Shown here piece after piece: positions 39,001 through 51,000 of a stretch of 64,000 nucleotides of DNA. The notes beneath the pieces were generated by a model. It made no database searches. It was not told the origin of the DNA and was given only the letters and a program-made list of their open reading frames with translations. This DNA comes from Antedon mediterranea. Lineage: Eukaryota > Animalia > Echinodermata. The position numbers and the translations under genes were made by a program. Numbering within the stretch: position 1 is the first letter of the stretch; every line of letters begins with the position of its first letter. Location of the stretch: the NCBI RefSeq assembly GCF_964355755.1, contig NC_092677.1, positions 26,771,175 to 26,835,174 of the forward strand, given 5' to 3'.

Positions 39001-42000
39001 TAATTTAATGTTAAAATGAGAAAATAAAAGAAATGACAAAAGATAATGACAAAGACAAACCTGATGATACATAGCTGAGAACTTTAATGGATTCGTTAGC
39101 CATTATGTTGAAGAACTTAGCAATCTTTCCTTGCGTTCTAAGGTTAGCATCATGTTGTAGCCGGTCCACTGTAGACATGGCTTCCCATTCTGGACTTTCT
39201 TTAGTCAACTCTAACTCTCTGATCTTCTTCAAGTACTGCATGATAACAGGGTAAAAATTAAGTTAACAATTAACAATAAATTAACAATTTAACATTTTTC
39301 AAAAAAATCAGTGAAATTTTCATCATCATCTTCCTTTATTGTGCATAAATTCATTGTATAGTCACACATGGAAATGAAAGTGCTTAAAATTACAAGTGAT
39401 CAAAAAAAGTCCTAGATCTAGCAGAATTATTTTAATTATTTATCTCAGTATAGATAAAAAAACATTCAAACAGCAGCACTTTTTAAAAGTCTGAAAACAT
39501 TTGTTAACCAATTTATACAAGTTTAAAAGAAAGTTAATATTCATACAAAAATAAATCAAGCCCATAAGGATAAATTTATCCCTAGAATTTTCATAAAGGA
39601 TTGGTGCCTGGATACAATTGGTGACACTAACAAAAGGGATTCCTCTATATAATATAATATTTGGGATAATAAAAAGTATTATATTATATTGTGGGGGGAG
39701 AGGGGGGGGGGAGCCCACTCTTCTGGTGGAATTATAGAAGATAAGCGAGTACTTACATCCATAGCTTCATCAAGAGTAAAGATTGCATCATTAATTAGCA
39801 GGTTAATGAACTGCACAAACAATGGTGGCACTGCATCTTCTATAATCAGCATTGACTCAGCAGACAGGTCCTGTAAGGCAACAATGTTGAATTAATTCAA
39901 TTTAACATTCAGCATTGACTCAGCAGACAGGTCCTGTAAGGTAACAATGTTGAATTAATTCAATTTAACATTCAGCATTGACTCAGCAGACAGGTCCTGT
40001 AAGTTAACAATGTTGAATTAATTCAATTTAACATTCAGCATTGACTCAGCAGACAGGTCCTGTAAGTTAACAATGTTGAATTAATTCAATTTAACATTCA
40101 GCATTGACTCAGCAGACAGGTCCTGTAAGTTAACAATGGTGAATTAATTCAATTTAACATTCAGCATTGACTCAGCAGACAGGTCCTGTAAGGTAACAAT
40201 GTTGAATTAATTCAATTTAACATTCAGCATTGACTCAGCAGACAGGTCCTGTAAGTTAACAATGTTGAATTAATTCAATTTAACATTCAGCATTGACTCA
40301 GCAGACAGGTCCTGTAAGGTAAAAATGTTGAATTAATTCAATTTAAAATTCAGCATTGACTCAGCAGACAGGTCCTGTAAGTTAACAATGTTGAATTAAT
40401 TCAATTTAACATTCAGCATTGACTCAGCAGACAGGTCCTGTAAGTTAACAATGTTGAATTAATTCAATTTAACATTCAGCATCGACTCAGCAGACAGGTC
40501 CTGTAAGGTAACAATGTTGAATTAATTCAATTTAACATTCAGCATTGACTCAGCAGACAGGTCCTGTAAGGTAACAATGTTGAATTAATTCAATTTAACA
40601 TTCAGCATTGACCCAGCAGACAGGTCCTGTAAGTTAACAATGTTGAATTAATTCAATTTAACATTCAGCATTGACTCAGCAGACAGGTCCTGTAAGTTAA
40701 CAATGTTGAATTAATTCAATTTAACATTCAGCATTGACTCAGCAGACAGGTCCTGTAAGTTAACAATGTTGAATTAATTCAATTTAACATTCAGCATTGA
40801 CTCAGCAGACAGGTCCTGTAAGTTAACAATGTTGAATTAATTCAATTTAACATTCAGCATTGACTCAGCAGACAGGTCCTGTAAGTTAACAATGTTGAAT
40901 TAATTCAATTTAACATTCAGCATTGACTCAGCAGACAGGTCCTGTAAGTTAACAATGTTGAATTAATTCAATTTAACATTCAGCATTGACTCAGCAGACA
41001 GGTCCTGTAAGTTAACAATGTTGAATTAATTCAATTTAACATTCAGCATTGACTCAGCAGACAGGTCCTGTAAGTTAACAATGTTGAATTAATTCAATTT
41101 AACATTCAGCATTGACTCAGCAGACAGGTCCTGTAAGTTAACAATGTTGAATTAATTCAATTTAACATTCATGAATGACTCAGCAGACAGGTCCTGTAAG
41201 TTAACAATCTTGAATTAATTCAATTTAACATTCATGAATGACTCAGCAGACAGGTCCTGTAAGTTAACAATTAATTCAATTTAACATTCATCATTGACTC
41301 AGCAGACAGGTCCTGTAAGTTAACAATTAATTCAATTTAACATTCACGATTGACCCAGCAGACAGGTCCTGTAAGTTAACAATTAATTCAATTTAACATT
41401 CATGATTGACCCAGCAGACAGGTCCTGTAAGTTAACAATGTTGAATTAATTCAATTTAACATTCATGAATGTTTCATTGAACATTATTGAAGTTAAGTAC
41501 AGTTATGAGGAAAATGGCAAATTCAACACTGCGGTCACGTTACAAGAGTTTTTAGAACAATATAGATTATCTGAAAGTAGGAAGCCTTTTTCCCTTTTCC
41601 CCTGACTGAGTATCAAAAGGAATTGTTTTAAGGTCCAGATAACAAGATTTCCACTGATAATCGATAAAAGTTTACCTGTTTCTGAACACCCTAGTTTTAC
41701 CTCTGTAGTTTAAAATTTGACCTGGCCATCACAGAGTCAGGGATAATAATATGCCATAACTACATGGGTATGAGCATAGTCTAAGTATAATATGGTAGTG
41801 ATGTGCCCAAATATGGTAGTGATGTGCCAAAATATGGTAGTGATATGACATCATCATGTCCATATATGGCCACATAACATAAAGCTTGATAGTGTAGACA
41901 GAGCTTAAGAATAATTAAACAGCTCTCACCTTAATCCAGTTGCGGTGTTCTTCCAGAGACCAGAGATAATGTAAGATGCCGTACATCGGCATTCTGTAGT

Positions 42001-45000
42001 TAAACTTCTGTTCAAATGCATGTTCATCGCCCGAGAATTCAATATCATTAAAGATCGTCAGGAGAGATCGTGATAGTAACATTCGTAAAGGATGTTCTAT
42101 GAAAATACGCTGCCTGTGAAATCTAGAGTAAATATAACAATAACAATTATTATAAGTTAAATTCAGACTTAAATTTGTATTTGTGAGTCAATCAATACTT
42201 TGTTCTTCTTTAATAAACAGAAGAAAATATAGTGAAATAAATGAAACCATGAAATGATATATATATATATTTTTGTTTGCTTTTGTCTGTTTTGTTTTGG
42301 CGTCCCTAATACAAGCATTTGCTTTCTTGGTGACGCCACCATTATTTGGAAATAAATGTTATTTTGATTGATTGATGAGAGCTTAATAGTCTAGCAAATT
42401 ATCCAATAAATTTAATACTCACGTAGATACCATAGTTGATCGCCCTCTACTGTTAAAGTTTGGCATAAATCCATCTAATATATCCGCAAGCTTTGCTCGT
42501 AAATGATAATTGTTTATCCTCTTTTTATTTCCCATAAACACGATTATAAAACTTAGCAGGTGATCAAGGTGTTCTCCAAACTCTTCAAATTCTTCTTCTT
42601 TAAATCTTCGTACAAACAGCAGAAAATCAACGATATTTTCAACGACAAATGCTGGGATACATGCCAACGTTGACGGTATTTCTTCCGATATAGGCAAAGA
42701 TGGTTTAAATACACTTGTAAGATCATCAGTGAGAGCACACTGTACAAGTAACTGTGCGGTGGCCGTGTAAAAGTTCATACATAGGTTGGTCAGTCTGGTT
42801 TCAGACAGAGCTGCTTTCATTGATAAGAATAAACTTGTTGCTAAAAAAGAGAATTTATTTATTTATTATTTGTTCTTTATACTGGGTAGCCTCTTAAGTC
42901 TAAGACTGTTCTCCCAGAGAGCCCAGTGTATAGTACTATGATGAGTTTGTGACAGTGGCTGTGTGTGAACTAGTAAACTGAGGTAACCCCCTATTTGTTT
43001 CGAAAGATGCACTGGGTTCTTTGAAGTGCACATGAACTAGATGTGTACACTGGACCTACGGTTTATAGTGCTTGTCTGAGAAGACTCGTTCTACCACCAG
43101 AACCATGGAGCAAGTGATCCTCAAACCCTTGCCGATGTTATGGCTACGTATTGCGGTTCCACTCTCTTAACCGCTCGGCCACTCACTTGCTTTGTATTTC
43201 TTTGACACATAATCTGGCAATCAGTTTGAAGTCATGTTTACTACATGTCATCATAACTACCTTTCTCCATATTGTCCTTTAAGTCTTCTAACAGACCCTG
43301 TCTCGTCGCAGGCCGTAGCCGTTGGTGCTCTTGGTAGGCTTGTTGGTATTGATGCAACTCTCTGTACACCTTCATGAAGCGATTGTGTAAGACATTAAAC
43401 CCTAGCTGCAAGCAGCGATGGGTTAAGAAGAAGCAATCTGTTGAAAAGTTAAAGGGTTCTTGTCGAGTTGCTATTGGTTCCTCGTCATCATCAAGTTTTC
43501 TAAGGAAATCTGACTTTGGCAAGTCTAAGAAAAAAATTGAAATACAATCAATTAATCAAAAAACTTTCTTTTCAACTACAAAAGCATTTTTTTAACAATA
43601 ATTAAAAATTGTATACAGTAATTGATTGTACCAATTGAATACAAAATCACAATTTTTATTACAAATTTTGAGAAAGAATTTGCAATAAATGGAAAACATG
43701 CTGAGAATTTTATTTTTTCAACATGCTGTATTTGAATAAGCTTAGATTGTGTAAATGGCTGAAAATTCATGTGTATTTTTAGAGAATAGCCTATTTCAAC
43801 TATTTTCAATAAGGTTTATCGCAAATATAGTGCGCAAAGCAGGATGGGAAGGGTTTGGGAGCATTTGATTTGTTGCTTGTACGTATGCGTTGTGACGTTT
43901 GCTCCCAGCATGTATTGTGCAATCATGTTCCTCCTGATATCAAGCTATTTGCGATAAACCTTATTAAATGTATCAGAGTCAACATACAAGTCTATATCCC
44001 TATACATATATCTAATAGAAAGCAAAAGATAGAACATTAAATTAAGTTAAGCAATTACTTTACTATTATTTTAAAATCCTGGTTCTGCCTGCAGCCACTG
44101 CTGAACAACAATTCACATAACAAGGTGGCAGCCATTATAATGCTTGGCATCAAATCAGAATATTTGTACAAAAATATTATAAAATTTACCTTTTAAATGA
44201 ACGCCTTTATTCCTCATGTCGTCACTGGTTTGTACATCTTCTAAACAATACCTGAAATCAACAGCCAACATCCGAGCAGAGTTTGGTTTGGCAAACTTGT
44301 TACACATGTGAAGCAACACAGCACAAAGATTGACAAAGAATCCATCAGATGCATTCTGGTTACCCAGTGAAAACATTTTGCCTCGACCTACCATCCACAA
44401 ATAATAATTAAAAATGAATAATGAAGCATGAGTTTGCCTCAATATACCATCCACAAATAATAATAATTACATATGAATAATGAATTTTGCTTTGTAAAGG
44501 GCAATTTACACAGACGAGCGGAAAAACGTGTAGCGTGTCCCACGCAAAATCTGTATCTAACTGCTTGTCTATTCCACGTTGTGTGTAAATGGTCATAAGG
44601 AATAACATAGATCCTATATTTTTCGCTCTGTTCTCCGCTCTTTGAACTTCTAAATGACAGCTTTTCAGACCCATACAACCTTGCCGTAAAAACCTACAAT
44701 AACAATGACATTTCAATTATCTTACCAGCATTAGCTTTCATACAGTTTCCAAGCCATTCCAGTAATCTATGTTTGTTTTCTGGTGAGGATTTACAAATGT
44801 TGATAAATATCTCATATACTTTGGTGTTCAGTAAGGATGTAAGCTGTCAAAAGAAAAAACAAGCTATTGTATTATAAAAAACAATTTGAAAAGAAAAATA
44901 TATTTTATTATACAATTATTATTTCTCAATTCCTTCTGAAACACACAAGACTGTTGTTATTATTGTCCTTTTTGGCTAACATACAACAATATTTAATTGG

Positions 45001-48000
45001 AGTGGAGATCTAGCTTGGTGGATAACAGGTTTGCCTTCCAATCTGTCGTTCAATCCTGACTGAGTGCCAGGGTTGTAACTCGCAACTCTTTCAACTCCAC
45101 TTCCTAAGCCTCAAATGAGACTTAGTTTATAAGCATGATAAATTATTAAATAGTTTATCCTATAATTGGCGAGTTACTTGCTGTTGGATGAGTATGAAAT
45201 AAAAAAAAGATTATGCATTTTAAGATTACATCATATAAACAGACACCAATGATACCAGATTCTCACGTCTGACTTAAGTCTGGTGTTTGGAATATATTTC
45301 TTATGGTAGAAAGGAATTTTAGTTTTTAACAAAATAAAACCAAGGAGATCCTCACCTGCCATATTTGGCTCTGGGTAGCAGAATGCTCAATTTGCGTGTT
45401 CCTTGATGGCTGATCAAAGAACTGAAAAGTACCGCCGTCGTTGTTTTTATTGTAGAGACATGTTAAACAAAGAATTTTACCGACAACAGAGTCTTCGTAC
45501 GCCTTCCCAATTTTTTGATCCGCAGGAGTCATGTGATGTAACAAAACCTGTAACAGTTAAATGAAAGCGCTCAGAAAATATATATTCAGAGAGAGAGAGA
45601 GCACTCACTATTTTATAACTCAACCCATCTTAACAGAATACAGAATTTTCTTTTTTTTATTTTTGAAGTTATTAATGAACTAATTTTCTTGAAATTCGAT
45701 ATGCATGTTCTGTAAGTATATACTCTTTTTATTCTTGTTTCTTGTGGATTTTGTTTACATCTTATGAATGTCTAATTAATATGGCAATCTGACGCTTTTC
45801 CCTATGTGGAATTTTATTGAATTAAATTCATTATAGGAAAACCAGACATTCTTGTGCAGAGTGGAAGAGTTGACTGTATTATTCCAAATATGAAGGTAGG
45901 ACTTATTTATGCAAGTTGAAAAGAAAACTATGATACAATACCTCTGCCAGACAAGAAGAATTGCTAAATAACCAAATAATGGCACAATATCCATAATTGA
46001 CAGACTTTTCTAGGCCAGGTTGCTTGCTCATCTCCTGATAAAGGGTTGTGAGAACAGGGCCAAATGCGTCTGTGCAAGACATCTCATCTGCATTCACTTG
46101 TTCAGCTATGAGTTTGAAAAACTGAGCACTTGTATCAAAATCTAAAAAATATTTGTTTACTGTTAAATTATATCTTGATTGAATAGTAGACAGTAGCCAT
46201 ATTTACCACCAGTCAAGCTAAAACAATATTTAAAATTATGTTATCAAAGTGATTACAACTGAGTGAAATACTAAAATATTTATTAAATCAAGATTAATGC
46301 TACCCAATCTCAACTTGTTTTGTGGGCTGTTTATTATTACAATCTTTAGTTTTGTGGAGTGGAGCTATAGCTTGGTGATTAACGTGCTTGCCTTCTAATC
46401 CCAAGGTCCCGGGTTCAATCCTGACCTAGTGCAGGCCTGTAACTCATGACTCTTTCAACTCCACTCCCCAAGCCTCAAATGAGACTTAGTTTATAAGCAC
46501 GATAAATTATTAAAGTTTCAATCAAGTCTATTCATTCAAAATCTAGGTTTAGTATAAAGTACATCTATTTGCCTAGGGAGTATGAGAATAATTGTAAAAT
46601 TCCAAAAAATTCACAACTGAATACATCACAATTAGTCCAGTCCCTAAGGGGAAATGATGTTACCATAGTGGATACAAGTGTGCCCTTTGGCATGTTGATA
46701 GAACATGATATGGAGATACCAAAACAAAGTTACTGGAAATCTGATTTGACCTCTGTGACCTCTGACCTCAATTTTTATATTTCTATCTTAAACAGCCATA
46801 TCTCCGCAACGGGTTTGACAATTGAAATGATATTGGTGTCAAATAGATCAGAGGGTACATATTTATATTCGCTCTAATAGAACTTTTTTCCAAAAAACGA
46901 CCGGAAATGTAATTTCTCAATGTTTTGACCTTTGACCTCGGCTTACTATATCTCAATAACTACTGGTCAAATTTTCTTGAAATTTGTTTCAAATTGTTAA
47001 GAGCATACATATTTATATATACTCTAATTAAACATGTTCTTCCAAATCCACAGGAAATGTCATTTACTGACCTTTGACCTTTAATGTTTAAATATGTCTG
47101 TATCTCTGTAACCAAATGTCATAAAAAGTTCAACTTGGTGTCAAAATGTTCAAAATGTAAACATTTATATTAGCTCTAATAGAAGATGTTATCATATTTT
47201 TACTGGAAATGCCAGTTTGAGGTATGACCAGGATATACTGTTAAGCGTGCGTGTGTCATAGCCTACTTATAATAATATACCTAAAATATAGATTTAATGG
47301 ACCAGAACTACATTCAATATCCTATCTAGCCTTTTACAATTTTTTTAAAACTTAATGTTTAATTTAATTTCAATATATAATTCCATCGCATGGTAGGCCT
47401 ACACCGTAAGAGCAACATTTAATATCAACAAAAAATTAAATAAACTTAAAAGTTAAATAACATTAAAAAAAAAGAAAGAAAATCAGGATCTTAAAGAAAG
47501 AAAAGAAGAATTAACCAATGCGATTTGATACTCATAAAACATATGACCTAATTATCAATTAATTGCTTGAAGTATGCTGACAAAATAAAATGCTTGAAAC
47601 AGTGAGGAAAAAGCGAAGAAAAGAAAAACATATGTTTAAAATATTATAAATCTGAAAAGGATCAAAGACAAATTAATTACAAAGCTGATTTCTTTTCAAG
47701 AACATACTGTAGTGGAATATAAAAGGAAAACAAACCAGTGAGCAGTCAAAATTACCATCTTGGCTTGATGAGGCAATAACACATCCAGCTCATAACACTC
47801 TACAACAAAATCTTTGAAACCAGAAGAAATTAAGAGAAGCAATGATAATTATACTTTAATCCACAAAAACATGACAAAACTGACATCAACCATTACCGAC
47901 CAAACGAACATTATCACATGTACACAAATAATTTACAAAAGTAATCAAAAAACAAAATCAGAGACCGACTAGAAGTAAATAAACCAATATATAAGGCTTT

Positions 48001-51000
48001 ATACAGTAGGACCATCTTATACAGTTGGTCAATCAACTAAAATAAAAAGGAAATGAATATCACCAAATCTTTGATTTAGAGATTATCAGAAAGCATTTGA
48101 CTCAATAAAACAGGCATTACCATATTAGAGGGAAATATTATACCTCAACAAATATTGATTACGATTGTTCAAAGAGAAGTTAAGGAAGATTAGTAAGACA
48201 AGGTGACACTTAAGATCTTCACTGCATTGGAAGAGGTGTTTAATCAAAGAGCTAATCTAAAAAATAGAGTAAATATCACTTTAAAGACAAAATAAACAGT
48301 TAATTTAACCAAAATCACAATTGACTTCCAGCCTATTTTTTGCTTTAAATTACAGTTTTTTTGGGTATGCACTATATCATTTTTTTTTCAATCCAATTTT
48401 TGGTGAAACTATTATGTGTGACATTAAAATTGCATATTCAACAAAAATATTTGTCAAAATTACTTTTGTCAGGGGGAAAATAAGTATATCTTTAATAGCA
48501 TGTGATATTATTAGCAAATATTTCAAATGTAGTTTTAAAACTTTCCCATTACAAACAATTGCCATAATTCTGATAACATTACAATACACCCATCCTCTGG
48601 GACTTATTTTCAAATGTAGCTAAAAACTTTCCAGTACAATTCCGGTCATTTTGATGTGTATAGATGCATGCAGTAGCATTGGAAAGGCGAGAGAGGGGGA
48701 GGTGGTTGGGGTGATGGAGAGACATATTTTTTACATGTTTGTCTACACTATAAACTAGTTTAACAAAAAAGGTGTGATGTGCCCAAATATGGTAGTGATA
48801 TGTCATTCATCGTGTCCATATATGGGCACATCACATTTTTTTGTCGCATAAAAATGTTATAGTGTAGACAGAGTTTAATATTTGTGTAACATGTAACAAA
48901 AATATGTGTCTCTCCATCCACCCCAACCCCCTCTCCTCTCTCGATCTCTTTTTTTAGATTATTAATTGCTAAATATGTGCAAAACGATGGGTCATAGCTC
49001 AAAATGACATTTCCAATTGAATTCTGACAAAATGTTTTGTTAGAGCAAATATAAATGTGTATATTCTAAACAATTTGACACCAAACTGAACTTTTTAGGA
49101 CAAATAGTTACCGAGATATTGACATATTCAAACATTAGAGGTCAAGGGTCAAAAAAGCTTAATTTATGGTAATTTTTTGAAAAAAGTTTCTATTAGACTA
49201 AATATTAGATTTATGTTCTTAACATTTTGAGCCCATTCTCAAATCTCTGAGATTGCGTGTTATTGAGATATTAGGCAATCAAGGTCAAAGGTCAAACTGA
49301 AAAATAAAGCCTTTGCGGCCATTTTTGTACAATTATTTTCATTATAGCGAATATAAATATATATCTTCCAAGCATTTTAAAAAAAAAATAAATGTAAAAT
49401 GTCCCTGCGTTTCCAAGATATGGCGATTTTTAGTTATATAATAGAAAAATATAAAAATTGAGGTCAGAGGTCACAGAGGTCAAATCAGATTTCCAGTAAC
49501 TTTGTTTTGGCATCTCCACACTATACTCTACCAAACTGCTATACTGAAAAATTTGTATCCAGTTTGGTAACATCCCACCCCTTTTTCTCCCCTTAGGGAC
49601 TGGACTAAATATATCATCTGAACCTTGTTACAATAAGCCTTTTTTTCTTACTATTATTTGGAAATTCTCTAAGGACAATGTCAAATACTTGTTGATGAAC
49701 ATTCTGGTTGTTGACGACGTCAGGGGTGAGAAGACAAGTAGCAGCGATAGACACAATCACATCCTGGCATCTTTTGAATAGATCCTAACAGGAAAATAAT
49801 AAACATCATAACTTTGATTTAAATCAAACAATTATTTGTAATAAAAAAAAGTTTAAGGAAACTGTTGGTGCAGATGTAAAGCTCTGTCTACACTATCAAA
49901 TTTTATGTGACAAAAAATGTGATGTGGTCATATATGGACATGATGATGTCATACCAATATCACATTTGGGCACATCACACTGTTTTTGTCAAACTAGCTA
50001 GAGCTTTTAAGTTTTTTTCATAGAGTCAGGCTTATGTATGTCAAAATTTGATTTGCATAGTCAGTAATTCACTCAATTTAAGTGAGCTTTCTGCAATTGC
50101 TGACAAAGCTGTTTCTACCTACCTCTGTAGTGTTGGGTTGCTGTAATAGACGTTTGTAACATTCAAATAGATACTTCAAAGCCAGCTTCTCTCCTGCCTC
50201 AGCCTTTACGGACTCGTTATCCTGATCAGTAGAAGTGTTTATCACCATATCAGATGGGATAGGACACATTAGCCTTTCAAATACAGCCTGAATAAAAAAA
50301 AAACATTAGCCTTTCAAATACAGCAGAAATTACAAAAAAAAACATTAGCCTTCCAAATAGAGGATAATATAAAAAAAAACATTAGCCTTCCAAATAGAGG
50401 ATAATATAAAAAAAAACATTAGCCTTTCAAATACAGAGCATAAATTAAATTATATAAAAAAAAAAACATATTTCAACAAAGTGATACCAGTGTAGTGTGT
50501 TCACAGCTAAAAAGTCATTTGTAATGTGTGTATTAACCATTGATAAATTACCAACCAGCAGTTATTTGTTCGCAGCCATACTGGGTGTGAGTTCTCTACT
50601 TTTTATGATGTTCTGTGAGTTTTCTAGAACAAAAATGTATGCGATTGATTTTTATAAAGCTCTGTCTACACTATCAAACTTTATGTGACAAAAAATGTGA
50701 TGTACCCATATATGATATCATATCACTACCATATTTAAGTATATCACTACTAAATTTGGGCACATCACACATTCTTTGTCAAACTAGTTTGATAGTGTAG
50801 ACAGAGCTTTACAAGTGATTACCTGTTGAGCTGATGCAAATTCAATTAATGTCCAATCGTCACCATAAACTTTTTTAATTTGCTCGGCAATATCAAAAAG
50901 AAACACACAATGGGTTGGAACACCATCACTTGATGAAACAGGTGCTGTTAAAAGGATTAAAAAATAGATAAATATTCAACAACAAAAATTCATAAAAGGT

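Noticed and set aside
39846-41470. CRISPR-like appearance of the regular palindrome-containing array
   Set aside because: Units are contiguous and near-identical with no unique spacers, there are no cas genes, the context is a eukaryotic intron, and the unit derives from the host exon junction.
46354-46430. tRNA gene
   Set aside because: A and B boxes are present but there is no complete cloverleaf, and it continues into a body shared by three dispersed copies, so it is a SINE head.
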